A stretch of DNA of 64,000 bases, taken from IMG/VR virus record IMGVR_UViG_3300009376_000001; one strand, written 5' to 3'. Each line of letters starts with the position of its first letter. Within the stretch, counting starts at the first letter, position 1. A model generated the notes under the pieces. That model was given only the letters and a program-made list of their open reading frames with translations, searched no databases and had not been told where the DNA came from. Position numbers and translations under genes: made by a program. Source of the DNA: a virus. Shown in pieces: positions 1-10,143 of the stretch.

Positions 1-1681
1 CTGCATTGTAAGTAATTCCGGCATCAGTCTTGGGAGCTAGATCTCCGGTAGCACTCTCAAATAACGCTACGAAAGAAGTAGTATCAGTAGTATCAGCAAC
101 CGTAATCGTAGCGGGTACAATGTTCGCTGAACCGTCAAAGGATGTACCTCCAATCGTCCTAGCCGTCGCCAAAGCAGTCGCTGTGGCTGCCAAAGCCACT
201 GATATATTTGCGGAACCATCAAAAGATGTTCCACCAATAGTCCTTGCTGTCTCTAAAGTGGTAGCGGTAGTAGCATTACCTTCTAATGCAGCTACTATTG
301 TTCCCGCAGAACCAGAAAATACTTCAGAACTGTTCGTAGCATCGGGAATAAAAGTAAATTTGCCAGTAGAATCATCAAATCCGAAGAAACCTACTTTAGC
401 TGCGCTCCCATTATGCCATCTAAATTCAATACCACGGTCTTTATTATCATCAGAACTAGGGGCAGAATCACCACCTATCGTAAAAATAGGGTCATCAACG
501 GTTACTGTTGTAGAATTTACCGTCGTTGTAGTCCCATTAACCGTTAAATTACCCGCAGTAATGGTTCCTGTAGTAGTAATAGCACTGGAACCTACGTCAA
601 TAGACCCAAATCCACTAGTAATACTGCCTGCATCTAAGGCTCCTACAGTAGTTACGTTAGATAATGTATCTAAAGCAGACTCAAAATAGGTTTCAAAGTC
701 TGTAAGAGCCACCTGAACCATTGTTCCGGCATCATTGACTACTACTCTATCCGCATCAGCTAATGTAGTAGAAGTAGCAGAAGTATTTCCATCTATAATA
801 TTTAATTCAGCGGTAGTTACTGAAGCTCCATCAAGGATTTCTAACTCCGCCTCAGTAATTACTGCACTTCCAATAGTAAAACCACCCGCAGTCACAACTC
901 CTGAAGTGGTAATAGTCGAAGATCCAACGTTTATGGAGCCAAAATTAGAGGTAATCGATCCAGCATCTAAGGCTCCAACCGATGTAATATTGGTCTGAGA
1001 AGCAGTTTGCAGTGTTCCAGCTAGTTGAGTAGCAGTTAATCGTCCTGTGGAGGGATTATAGTGAAAATCCCCATCCATTTCTAAACCATGAGTGCCTGTA
1101 GCGGTAGCTGCACCTGCAACAAAGGAGATTAAATTATTTTCATTAGTATTTTCATTATCAGTAACTGTAACTGTCGATGAAGAAGAAGACGCTGCAATAG
1201 TAACTGTATCTGTACTAGCATTTGTAGTCAGAGTAATGTTAGTTCCTGCTGCCAACGTCAATGTATCAGTTTCAGCATCTGCTACTACAGTACTTTGCCC
1301 TGAAACGGCAACATTGGAGAAAGCGTTCTGGTTGGCTTCACCTCCTTCGGATTGACCTTCAGTTAAGTTATATTCCGTCCCACCATCATTTTTAAAGTAG
1401 ATTTTACTATCGCTAGACTTAATATAAATAGCTCCAAACCCACTAGCAGGAGTACTTGGAGCCGAAATTTCCGCAACAGTCAGATGATCTGAAAAGGTCT
1501 TATTGCTTAATGTTTGGGCAATCGTATTACCAGCAACTATGTTCCACGAATCACTATCCCAGATGTATAAATCATCGGTATTAGTCTCATGGAACGTAGT
1601 ACCCGTAATAAGGTTACTTGTAGGCTTAGTATCACTACTAAGCCCTGTCATTCGGTTTCCTGCGTATCTAGTTATTGCCAT
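1..1681 (-). CDS. Tail/head fibre-like virion protein (partial, runs off window start)
   Basis: Open minus-strand frame from ATG 1681 (MAITRYAGNRMTGLSSDTKP...) to the window edge; absent from the ORF track. Thr/Ser/Gly/Ala-rich with ARTIGGTSFDGSANI repeats; N-terminus paralogous to 1668..3869. Confidence 0.75.
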   Translation of the reverse strand, partial: MAITRYAGNRMTGLSSDTKPTSNLITGTTFHETNTDDLYIWDSDSWNIVAGNTIAQTLSNKTFSDHLTVAEISAPSTPASGFGAIYIKSSDSKIYFKNDGGTEYNLTEGQSEGGEANQNAFSNVAVSGQSTVVADAETDTLTLAAGTNITLTTNASTDTVTIAASSSSSTVTVTDNENTNENNLISFVAGAATATGTHGLEMDGDFHYNPSTGRLTATQLAGTLQTASQTNITSVGALDAGSITSNFGSINVGSSTITTSGVVTAGGFTIGSAVITEAELEILDGASVTTAELNIIDGNTSATSTTLADADRVVVNDAGTMVQVALTDFETYFESALDTLSNVTTVGALDAGSITSGFGSIDVGSSAITTTGTITAGNLTVNGTTTTVNSTTVTVDDPIFTIGGDSAPSSDDNKDRGIEFRWHNGSAAKVGFFGFDDSTGKFTFIPDATNSSEVFSGSAGTIVAALEGNATTATTLETARTIGGTSFDGSANISVALAATATALATARTIGGTSFDGSANIVPATITVADTTDTTSFVALFESATGDLAPKTDAGITYNA

Positions 1682-3869
1682 TTACAGGACTCCATTGCAT
1701 AGGTACTTCAAAAGAATGTCCACACCAAAGGTCTAAGACCATAACTCCTCGTTCAAAATCATATAATGGGTCTTTCGCTCCGTCTTTACGCCCACATTGA
1801 GCACACACTGCTCTAGGAGAGGTGATTTCGACCTCTTGAATCGATCCACCCTTCTGTAATTTCACAGCCATAGCATTATTATTCGCATCAACCTGCTTTA
1901 AGTACATACGAGCATATTCAGTACTAGGATCGGCAGCAGCAGCTTTCTGTTGAAACTCTAAATACGCCCCATTATCCGCAGTACTGCCAATAATTACACC
2001 ATCAGTTCCCTTACTCTTTAACGTAAGCGCAATATTCGTATCATCCCCAGTGGCTGAAACACTGGGACTGCCATTAGCTGCTGTATTTGCAACCGTAAGT
2101 TCATTAACTGCCGAAGAAACCGAATCAAATATCAGTACTTGAAGTCCCGCTGCATCGGCAATGAAGCCTCCATCAGCAAATTTAGGAGCAGTTAGAGTTT
2201 TAGCAGTCAATGTTTGCGTGGCTGACACTGTAACTATGTCTGCGCCACCTACGGTGCCAGCATCCGCAGTCAGAGTATCGATATTAGCAGTACCATCGAT
2301 AAATAAATCTTGCCATTCTAAAGAAGCTGTGCCTAAATCTCTAGCACCATCACTAGATGGGACTAAATCACTATCAAATCTACCTGTAGCAGTGATTGTG
2401 TCACTAGTAGCGTTACCTAAATCAATGTCACCATTGAGAGTTGTAGCTCCTGATACTGTAATAGCTGATAAAGTTCCTACAGATGTGATGTTAGCTTGAG
2501 CAGCTGTAGTCAAAGTTCCAGCAATATCACCAAATGTGGCATTTATTACTGTTCCAGAGAACACTTCAGAGCTATTAGTCGCTCCGGTAAACCCTGTAAA
2601 TACTCCTGCGGAGTCATCATAACCAAAGAAACCAACCGCTGCAGCCGATCCTGTATGATAACGGAACTCAATTCCCCTATCTTTATCATCATCTGAGCCA
2701 GGTGCAGAGTCTCCGCCAAGGGTAAGTACCGGATCATCAACTGTTGTTACTGTCGAATTTACCGTAGTAGTGGTTCCATTTACTATTAAATTACCAGTAA
2801 CAGTTAGAACACCGCCTACTGTGACGTTATTAGGCAATCCAACAGTAACTGTTCCACCCGATTGAGCCACAGTAGTTTCATTTGCTGTAGCTGCGAAAGT
2901 TAATGTACCACCTGGAGCAATATTTGAAGCAGTAGACCCATCCGTAACTGCTATTGAAGGACCAGAAAGCTTACCATTAGCTATACTTCCCGCCAACATT
3001 GCATTAGTCACGCCCGAAGCTTTTACACGGATAGCATCACTATTGGTTTCAATAGAACTATCATCCACATTTATAGCTAAAACTTGGGAAGATAAAGCTA
3101 ATCCATCACCTGCAACCGCAGATTTTAGCCTCAAACCACTAGAATCTTCTATAGCAGAGGTACTTGCAAGTTGAACGGCTGATCCTGAAACCTTATTTCC
3201 TGTAGTAATAGTAGCTAATTTAGTATCAACTATCGCTGCAGAAGCCTTAATATCTGCATTTACGATATTAGTAATAGTATTACTATCAGAATCTATAGTC
3301 TTATTCGTTAATGTGGCAGCAAACGCATTAAAAGTGAACGTGTCATTTCCCGTAAGCAACGGTAATGTTACTGTCCTATCAGCTGCTAGTTCATTAACTC
3401 CAAAAACATACTGATGATTAGCCGAAGTGTCATTAATCTGAGGGGTAGTCAGAACAGGACTAGTTAATGTTTTATTGGTTAATATATCAGTAGTGGCTTT
3501 ACCGACTAAAGTATCAGTTGCATCAGGTATTGAAATTGTTCGATCACCTGTTGGATCTACAACAGTTAATATCGTTTCATTAGTATTGTCTGTAGCACCT
3601 TCAAATATGATGGTTGCATCTTCTAACATACTTAAAGATGTACCCACCGTAGGTGTATTTAGAACAGGACTAGTTAATGTTTTATTAGAAAGAGTTTGAG
3701 CAATTGTATCTCCAGCAATTACATTCCACGAATCCCCATCCCACTGATACATATCATCTGTATCAGTCTCAAGGAATGTAGTTCCGGTCAACAAATAGGT
3801 TGTTGTTAAACTAGCCCGATCACTGGCTAATCCCGCAATATTATTACCAGCTAGATACGTGATAGCCAT
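1668..3869 (-). CDS. Fibre-like virion protein, 733 aa, C-terminal CxxC...CGH domain
   Basis: TLTNKTLTSP repeats and a GNLIVNGTTTTVNST-VDDP module typical of phage fibres; lies in the structural operon. Confidence 0.7.
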   Translation of the reverse strand: MAITYLAGNNIAGLASDRASLTTTYLLTGTTFLETDTDDMYQWDGDSWNVIAGDTIAQTLSNKTLTSPVLNTPTVGTSLSMLEDATIIFEGATDNTNETILTVVDPTGDRTISIPDATDTLVGKATTDILTNKTLTSPVLTTPQINDTSANHQYVFGVNELAADRTVTLPLLTGNDTFTFNAFAATLTNKTIDSDSNTITNIVNADIKASAAIVDTKLATITTGNKVSGSAVQLASTSAIEDSSGLRLKSAVAGDGLALSSQVLAINVDDSSIETNSDAIRVKASGVTNAMLAGSIANGKLSGPSIAVTDGSTASNIAPGGTLTFAATANETTVAQSGGTVTVGLPNNVTVGGVLTVTGNLIVNGTTTTVNSTVTTVDDPVLTLGGDSAPGSDDDKDRGIEFRYHTGSAAAVGFFGYDDSAGVFTGFTGATNSSEVFSGTVINATFGDIAGTLTTAAQANITSVGTLSAITVSGATTLNGDIDLGNATSDTITATGRFDSDLVPSSDGARDLGTASLEWQDLFIDGTANIDTLTADAGTVGGADIVTVSATQTLTAKTLTAPKFADGGFIADAAGLQVLIFDSVSSAVNELTVANTAANGSPSVSATGDDTNIALTLKSKGTDGVIIGSTADNGAYLEFQQKAAAADPSTEYARMYLKQVDANNNAMAVKLQKGGSIQEVEITSPRAVCAQCGRKDGAKDPLYDFERGVMVLDLWCGHSFEVPMQWSPVNGNN

Positions 3870-5200
3870 TAACTAACCCTCCGCCATTCAGGTAAATCAA
3901 TTTCGTATTCATGACCACACCACAAATTCACCCTCATGACACCTTTTTGGAAGTCATACGTGGGGTCCTTGGCTCCATCATCACTCCCACATTCAGCGCA
4001 AATCGCACCCGGAGAAGTGAGTTCAACTTCAACTATGTTTGAAGCTTTTTGTAATTTAATTGCTAAAGCATTATTAGCAGCATTCACCTCTTTCAGATAA
4101 AGCCGACCTTGTTCTCCACCTGGATTAGATGGAGCAGATATTTTTGAAAATTCTAAATAAGTCTGATTGACCCAAGCACTTCCTGTATACTGTAAAAAGT
4201 TATCATCAGCAGCAGAAGAGATGGTCACATCATCCATTTCAGCTAATGTATCCTGAGCAGCAGCGACTGTATCTACATACGCTTTAATACTTTGTTGTGA
4301 AGCTAAGTGTGTAGCTGAATTGGAAGCCATATTATCTTCATCTTTAATCGCCGTACCGCTAATGCCTGTAGCATTAAGAGTGAAGGCTGCAGTTGAAGAT
4401 AAAGTCATTGCTCTCTGAAAGGCCATAATTCCATCAGTCCATACTAACTGACTAGTAGCCCCGACAGTAATTCCTAATGAATTGTCATTATGTGTATAGG
4501 TAATCTGTCCAACGTTATTATCTGCAGCATCTCCAAATAGAATTCCACCTTGTGTAGGAGCTAAGATGGAGATTAAAGCTGTGCCACTATCTTCTAAAGT
4601 TAATAGGGTATTAGTTGCAGCAACAACAGAACCAGCGGTAGCACCCCATAAATGTAAAAGAGTGTCAGGACTTGGAGCACCTGTACGACCTAGAATTACA
4701 TCAGCCGTGCCTGGAACTATCCATTTTATATCAGTTCCATCAGACGATAAATCTGTATCGGCTCCACTATTTCCTAACTGGATAGAAACATTGTCAGGTA
4801 GAACAATATCTCCACTAGAAAAACTAGTGGTTACATTACCTGCAGAAGAAGAACTAATTTCCCATACGTCAGTTAGAGTATTACCTGTTTGAACCGCCCA
4901 AACTACTTTAGAATCTTTAGTATTAGAAGTAACATCATTCGCCGTCCAAGTCATACGAGCAAATTCAGATTGTGAACCGCCTGAATCTTCTAATGTATAC
5001 GTTATATAACCATTATCCCCATCCGCAGCGGTGCCTCGATTAGCTCCCTTAAAAATAGCTACTTGATTAGATGCAGCATCATTAGCATTTTGTACCGATA
5101 AAGCTGCACCAGTTGAGTTAGCCGTAGCAGTTAATGATGGCTCACTATCAGCAAAGGAAAATACCCGTAAGGGATATATTTGTCGAAGTTCTGATGGCAT
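3869..5200 (-). CDS. Fibre-like virion protein, 443 aa
   Basis: SQQSIKAYVD and LAEMDDVTIS..FLQYTGSAWVN fibre motifs; C-terminal domain shared with 1668..3869. Confidence 0.65.
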   Translation of the reverse strand: MPSELRQIYPLRVFSFADSEPSLTATANSTGAALSVQNANDAASNQVAIFKGANRGTAADGDNGYITYTLEDSGGSQSEFARMTWTANDVTSNTKDSKVVWAVQTGNTLTDVWEISSSSAGNVTTSFSSGDIVLPDNVSIQLGNSGADTDLSSDGTDIKWIVPGTADVILGRTGAPSPDTLLHLWGATAGSVVAATNTLLTLEDSGTALISILAPTQGGILFGDAADNNVGQITYTHNDNSLGITVGATSQLVWTDGIMAFQRAMTLSSTAAFTLNATGISGTAIKDEDNMASNSATHLASQQSIKAYVDTVAAAQDTLAEMDDVTISSAADDNFLQYTGSAWVNQTYLEFSKISAPSNPGGEQGRLYLKEVNAANNALAIKLQKASNIVEVELTSPGAICAECGSDDGAKDPTYDFQKGVMRVNLWCGHEYEIDLPEWRRVS

Positions 5201-5214
5201 TTATTAGCCCCTTA

Positions 5215-5910
5215 TTAGAATGAACGGGCATCGTCAAAGCCTCGGTAGAAGACTCTACAGAATCCTAAATCTACTGTAGATGCTCCCCCGGCTTCTGATG
5301 CGTTATAAATCATGAAATACGGCTGGATATCAGGCAAATTAGTAGTATGCGTAGCTACCTGATTACCATTAATCCAAAATTCTACTTGATTCTCAGTAAT
5401 AGAAATCTTAAATAGATTTCTATCAGTTAATGTAATAGACGAAGGTAAGTTAACTGTTTCAGTTCCAGCACTATCAGTAACTGTCTGAATAGCATCACTG
5501 GACAATCCAAAACCAATAAGATCATTGGTAGTACGTAGTCCCGAAGTAGAGTCACTAAATCCCATAAAAAACGTTGAATTATTGATATTAGCAACGTTAG
5601 CGAACTTCGCCTCCCATTCCGCAAACACACCACGAATCATAGATGTATTATTCTGATAGGAGAACTTACTAGGAGTAACTCTAAATTGAAATAAAGTACG
5701 TAAACGAGCAGTATCACTAGCTGGAACCGTCAATGCCACTTTAGGCATATCAGCGTCGCTAGTTACACGCTCAATAGTAGAATTAGATCCAGTGTCTCTA
5801 TTCCACGCACCTGTAAACGTATTATCAGAAGAAGCCCATTGTTCCGTTAAATATTGGAAATAATCTGACAGATACGAATTAGACGTTGTATAAACGTTGA
5901 AAAAACCCAT
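5215..5910 (-). CDS. Putative virion protein, beta-sandwich/lectin-like
   Basis: 231-aa ORF in the structural operon; VEFWINGNQVATHT resembles ConA/LamG strands. Confidence 0.45.
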   Translation of the reverse strand: MGFFNVYTTSNSYLSDYFQYLTEQWASSDNTFTGAWNRDTGSNSTIERVTSDADMPKVALTVPASDTARLRTLFQFRVTPSKFSYQNNTSMIRGVFAEWEAKFANVANINNSTFFMGFSDSTSGLRTTNDLIGFGLSSDAIQTVTDSAGTETVNLPSSITLTDRNLFKISITENQVEFWINGNQVATHTTNLPDIQPYFMIYNASEAGGASTVDLGFCRVFYRGFDDARSF

Positions 5911-5948
5911 ATCTATATTTTATACCCTACCTAAAATTAATTCTAGGA

Positions 5949-6908
5949 CTAGATTCCTCGGACGTAACCTATTATGTTACAGGTTTCACCATTTGTATTA
6001 TTTCTAAAACTAATACTATGTTTCACTATATGTCGTAAATTAATAGCGTTAGCTACGCCAGCTTTTAACACAAAACCAACAGCATCGCCTGTATTCGTAG
6101 CCGTTCTATTAAAGTCAATTACTGCATCGTTAGTTAACGAATACAAATAAATATCATGAATTTCCGACATACCAGGTTCACGAATCGATACTGACGCATC
6201 TTCCGTTCCTATCCAACGAGAAAATCGCTCAATAAGAGGATCTACAAACGTAGTAACCTGAGATGTGGGAGGGTTAGGATCATTTGTTCCTGCCATACCC
6301 ATTACATACGCCCAGGCAGGTTCAACCTGAGCATCGTCTACCAAGAATGTAATATCTTGTTGAGAATCAGTAACAACATAAAAATCTAAAGTAGCATTAT
6401 CTGTTGTAACTTGATGATTGACAGTAACTCTACCATTCCAGTTATTACCCATAGTGACTTGCGGACCATTAACAAAAGTAGTGCCACCGTCACTAGTAGC
6501 TCGTCCAATCACTGTTCCTCCGCCACTATGACGCACATAAGCGGAACATGAATACCATCCACGTGGTAAGCCTGTAACACTATAGTATGCGCCCTCGTTA
6601 GCAGCAGCGTCAGCAGTCACACATCTCATACTATAGGTACCAGTACGAGGTGTAGTAGTCTGACGGGTCATCGTTGAACCACTCGCTGTCCACCCAGTAG
6701 GAGGAGTTCCTATTTCCATGCTAGGATTTGTAATTAAATTCATAGCAGGAGGAGTATTATTCTCTAAACTAATCAAATCTTCTGCCGTATTAGCAGAAGC
6801 TAATGTCTTATTAATAGGAATAAACTTAGAAAGAGTACCTACGGACTCACGAACTGTTCGAAATTCATGCTCTGAAAACCTGTACTCAAATCCTCGGTCA
6901 ATTGGCAT
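5949..6908 (-). CDS. Virion protein with carbohydrate-binding (CBM4/9-like) domain
   Basis: NLITNPSMEIG..GW..RTGTYSM and FLVDDAQVE motifs; RBS AGGAG upstream. Confidence 0.55.
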   Translation of the reverse strand: MPIDRGFEYRFSEHEFRTVRESVGTLSKFIPINKTLASANTAEDLISLENNTPPAMNLITNPSMEIGTPPTGWTASGSTMTRQTTTPRTGTYSMRCVTADAAANEGAYYSVTGLPRGWYSCSAYVRHSGGGTVIGRATSDGGTTFVNGPQVTMGNNWNGRVTVNHQVTTDNATLDFYVVTDSQQDITFLVDDAQVEPAWAYVMGMAGTNDPNPPTSQVTTFVDPLIERFSRWIGTEDASVSIREPGMSEIHDIYLYSLTNDAVIDFNRTATNTGDAVGFVLKAGVANAINLRHIVKHSISFRNNTNGETCNIIGYVRGI

Positions 6909-6931
6909 TAGTATTCTCCTAAATTACAGGG

Positions 6932-7267
6932 CTAACGTCCCCAGATTGCCCCAATTATTCGTCCATTAGCTTGATTGGCCCGAATAACAGAAATAGATCC
7001 ACTAAAAGAAATACCTGTTTCTGTATAACCAGTTCCAGCAGGCATTAACATAGAACTACCATCAGCAGTCGCATCGCCACCTAGATTGACATATAAGTCA
7101 TCACGGTCAACCACAAGAGTAATGCGATTTGCTTCTTCCATATAATCAGACACTGTTAATATAGTAGAGGCATCAGCACTATTAGTCGTTAATGTAAAAG
7201 GTTTAAATTTAGTATACGGTTGAACTAATTCAATTGTTTGTCGTAATTTAGCCACTACCTGCCCCAA
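6932..7267 (-). CDS. Small virion protein, paralog of 7255..7587
   Basis: Shares MEEANRIT...DGSSML.PAGTGYTE...IWGR with its neighbour. Confidence 0.65.
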   Translation of the reverse strand: MGQVVAKLRQTIELVQPYTKFKPFTLTTNSADASTILTVSDYMEEANRITLVVDRDDLYVNLGGDATADGSSMLMPAGTGYTETGISFSGSISVIRANQANGRIIGAIWGR

Positions 7268-7587
7268 ATAGACCCACGAATACGACTATTCGTAGTACCC
7301 GCTCTCATAACAGAGATAATTCCAGTAATTTTAATATTTTCTTCGGTGTAACCAGTACCTGCAGGAACTAACATAGAAGAACCATCACTAGTAGCTGTTC
7401 CACCAAAATTAATATACATATCCCCAAATTCTACAACAAACGTAATACGATTAGCTTCTTCCATTAAGCTGGATACTGTTAATACCGTAGCAGCATTAGC
7501 ATCAGAAGTAGTAAACGTAAATCCTCTAAACTGAGGCAACGGTTGTTCTAATTCAATCTGGGACCTAAGTGACGCTATTGTTGTCAT
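7255..7587 (-). CDS. Small virion protein, paralog of 6932..7267
   Basis: Tandem duplicate; overlapping gene ends. Confidence 0.65.
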   Translation of the reverse strand: MTTIASLRSQIELEQPLPQFRGFTFTTSDANAATVLTVSSLMEEANRITFVVEFGDMYINFGGTATSDGSSMLVPAGTGYTEENIKITGIISVMRAGTTNSRIRGSIWGR

Positions 7588-7783
7588 TATCTTGTCCTGA
7601 TAGCCTAGCCAAAGTTAAAGAATCAACATAGAACAATTTAGGCTGCCCAATATGCTGATGTCGATATCCAACTATCGGCAACTCATGGTCGCCGAATTGA
7701 ACTACGCCAAAATCATATTGCCCTAATTTCTCTCGTTTGACCCGAATCATGAACCAAGTAGCTAATTTACTTAGTAAATTCAC
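7565..7783 (-). CDS. Hypothetical protein
   Basis: Tightly packed in the operon with GGAGG RBS. Confidence 0.5.
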   Translation of the reverse strand: MNLLSKLATWFMIRVKREKLGQYDFGVVQFGDHELPIVGYRHQHIGQPKLFYVDSLTLARLSGQDNDNNSVT

Positions 7784-7785
7784 TC

Positions 7786-7968
7786 TTAGTCCTCCAACTT
7801 GTCAAATACGCCCAATTGCTTTCCAATTCTTGCCCATTCGGTAGGTTTAATCTGCCCATCGCCCATCGCAGCAATAATAGAATTTAATAATTCATCTCGA
7901 TTTTCCACATTCTTAAGTCTTTTAAGAACAGCCTTACCTAATTTAATTGCTGTAAATATTTCAAACAT
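7786..7968 (-). CDS. Hypothetical protein
   Basis: Packed in the operon, RBS present. Confidence 0.5.
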   Translation of the reverse strand: MFEIFTAIKLGKAVLKRLKNVENRDELLNSIIAAMGDGQIKPTEWARIGKQLGVFDKLED

Positions 7969-7971
7969 TCC

Positions 7972-8223
7972 TTACCTCTCTCCTGAACCACGCTCAGTCT
8001 CTAAAATTTTGCCTGCCAAATTGGAGATAGCAACGATACTACCAACACCAGCTGCGCTGATAATACCTTCCATTTCCATTTGCCAACCAATCCAAGATAC
8101 CCCTAACCCCAACACCGCAATGATAATCATCCCTAACATTATGTTAGGTCTAATTCGCTTAAGTATGTCGCCTATACCATTTAAAATCGGACTCATAAGA
8201 CCCCGCTGTACGTCTTTCTTCAT
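7972..8223 (-). CDS. Small two-TM membrane protein (holin-like?)
   Basis: Two hydrophobic segments. Start moved to ATG 8223 (GGAG RBS) because the longer start overlaps a terminator. Confidence 0.5.
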   Translation of the reverse strand: MKKDVQRGLMSPILNGIGDILKRIRPNIMLGMIIIAVLGLGVSWIGWQMEMEGIISAAGVGSIVAISNLAGKILETERGSGER

Positions 8224-8237
8224 AGAATTACTCCATG

Positions 8238-8269
8238 AAAAAAGGGTAGTCAAACTCGACTACCCTTCT
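8238..8269 (-). terminator. Rho-independent terminator
   Basis: AAGGGTAGTC-loop-GACTACCCTT followed by a T-tract on the minus strand. Confidence 0.75.
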
Positions 8270-8341
8270 CAATTACAGAATAAATTCTAAATTTTGAACA
8301 ACAGTCGAGCTGACTCGTACTACCGTTTAAATTTTAAACTA

Positions 8342-8695
8342 TTAAAAGCCGACTATCAATGCCCTGATACGAACACCAGTCAGGTCAACAGCGTTAGCAA
8401 CCTGAATACTCGGACCGTCAGCCGAAGCGTTAAGGTCAGAATAGGTCATTATCAGTTTATTATTAGTGTAATCAAACGTAGGACTGTGTCCTAAGTCTGC
8501 AGCTGCATCCTCATCAGAAGTATTACTGATTGACTGAGGAGTTAGCAAGACTATGTCAAACCCAATCAATCCCATATCCGCAGGAGTCAAAGACTCACCA
8601 GCAGTGGGATAACTGGAATCCATATCAATGTCTGCAGTAACAATTCTCTTGTTACCGAAAACTGAACGGTGAATTTCCGTAATAGTTAGTGCCAT
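8342..8695 (-). CDS. Putative head decoration/cement protein
   Basis: 117 aa, directly downstream of the capsid gene; DSSYPTAGESL motif. Confidence 0.5.
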   Translation of the reverse strand: MALTITEIHRSVFGNKRIVTADIDMDSSYPTAGESLTPADMGLIGFDIVLLTPQSISNTSDEDAAADLGHSPTFDYTNNKLIMTYSDLNASADGPSIQVANAVDLTGVRIRALIVGF

Positions 8696-8780
8696 GTTAA
8701 TACTCCCTTACTGGATACCACCAATCCCGCCCTCAGAGGTTTCCCTCTTACTTCCAGCATCAGAATGTGTTTATAGATAA

Positions 8781-8813
8781 ATAGGGAAGTCAGTACAAGA
8801 CTAACTTCCCTAT
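8781..8813 (-). terminator. Terminator-like hairpin after the major capsid gene
   Basis: ATAGGGAAGT...ACTTCCCTAT inverted repeat. Confidence 0.6.
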
Positions 8814-8838
8814 ATTATGTACCGACTGAAGGACTAAA

Positions 8839-10143
8839 TTAGGCGTTCAGGTCAGTAATCTTGGCGTGTGCGTCCAAACGCAAGGATCGTAGTTCACCGA
8901 TGGTGTAGAACAATCCACGAAGGACGAATGCGTTTGCCTGGAAGAAGTCTCGGTTGTCGATATACTGCGTAGGAGCAGCAATAGCGAGTTCCAAGTACCG
9001 TGTATCCATGACATAGACATTGCTACCAAGGTTAGCATCTGCAGCCGTGAACGAACCCTGAACATCAGGATCGACAATGACTGGGATACCCCTATAAGTA
9101 GCCACCTGGAAGCCAGCGTGGGAACCTGGAAGAGTGGATTCGTCGCCGACTTTGACAACAAATTCGCCCCAGTCCAGATAACGTTGCTGAGCTTGCAACA
9201 GGGAAGATAGACGGTCAAACTGGTCATAACCCATCAGAATTACGTCAGGGTCAGCACCGTTTACACGAACTTCACGAATGGCCTGGTCTAGCAGGGCCAA
9301 CGTGAGGTTACGCCCAGTACCACTATTACCAAGAACGGTAGCAGCAGCATTGTGCGCTCCAGCAGCACGAGTAGTTTGGTTATATACGTCTACGCCGTTA
9401 GTAACAGTCACGCCAGCTACGACACGAGCATCTTGTTCGACGATGTCGTCAAGAGAAGTGAAGCCAGCACGGCTCTTTACATAAACAATCTCACCGTCAG
9501 TCAAGTTTCCGCCACCTGTCCAAGTAGCGTCACTCTGAGCGTCAAGACCGCTATAAGTAAGAGCAGTATCACCGATGGTGGTTCCACCGAAAGTGTCACC
9601 AACACGGAGAGTGTTACCAGCGGAGATTATTTCACCAGTACCAGAGGCACCAGCAGTCGAGGCGATGGTCATCGAGCGAAGCAGGAGTTCCTGGTTCAAC
9701 TCTTTTATGTGGTCCCTAGCAGCAGCTTCTTGCTCAACTGCCAGGTTGTCCCCCATACCACCTTCCAGACCGCTCATGATCTGGGACTTGAGTGAGACAC
9801 CGAAGTCAGTAGCTACGATACGAGGAGCAGAGTCCACGTTGACGTAATTGCTGACATCGACAGTGGGAAGCGCACCAGTTTCAGTTACGGGACGGGAACG
9901 GCTATCGCCCCTATCTGACCGCAAACGCCAACCAGTGGTGGGTCCCCATTGTACTTTCCGAAGAATGTTCCAAAATCGTGTCTGGTTGTTCAATGCGTCC
10001 CAGACTTTACGTCCGTAAGTTGCAGTGAACACATCTGATACCTGAAGGTACGTTTGCTTAGCAAAGTAACCAGGTGGCATCAGTGAGCTACGCAGATTTC
10101 GCTCCGCAGAAGATATATACTGCGCTATGCTTAGATCAGCCAT
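8839..10143 (-). CDS. Major capsid protein (HK97 fold)
   Basis: Follows protease and scaffold; LTLALLDQAIREV..GADPDVILMG and YRGIPVIVDP motifs; GC-richer codon usage than neighbours. Confidence 0.85.
   Translation of the reverse strand: MADLSIAQYISSAERNLRSSLMPPGYFAKQTYLQVSDVFTATYGRKVWDALNNQTRFWNILRKVQWGPTTGWRLRSDRGDSRSRPVTETGALPTVDVSNYVNVDSAPRIVATDFGVSLKSQIMSGLEGGMGDNLAVEQEAAARDHIKELNQELLLRSMTIASTAGASGTGEIISAGNTLRVGDTFGGTTIGDTALTYSGLDAQSDATWTGGGNLTDGEIVYVKSRAGFTSLDDIVEQDARVVAGVTVTNGVDVYNQTTRAAGAHNAAATVLGNSGTGRNLTLALLDQAIREVRVNGADPDVILMGYDQFDRLSSLLQAQQRYLDWGEFVVKVGDESTLPGSHAGFQVATYRGIPVIVDPDVQGSFTAADANLGSNVYVMDTRYLELAIAAPTQYIDNRDFFQANAFVLRGLFYTIGELRSLRLDAHAKITDLNA

Noticed and set aside
30-4892. 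Plus-strand ORFs over the fibre genes
   Set aside because: Antisense shadows of the real minus-strand genes.
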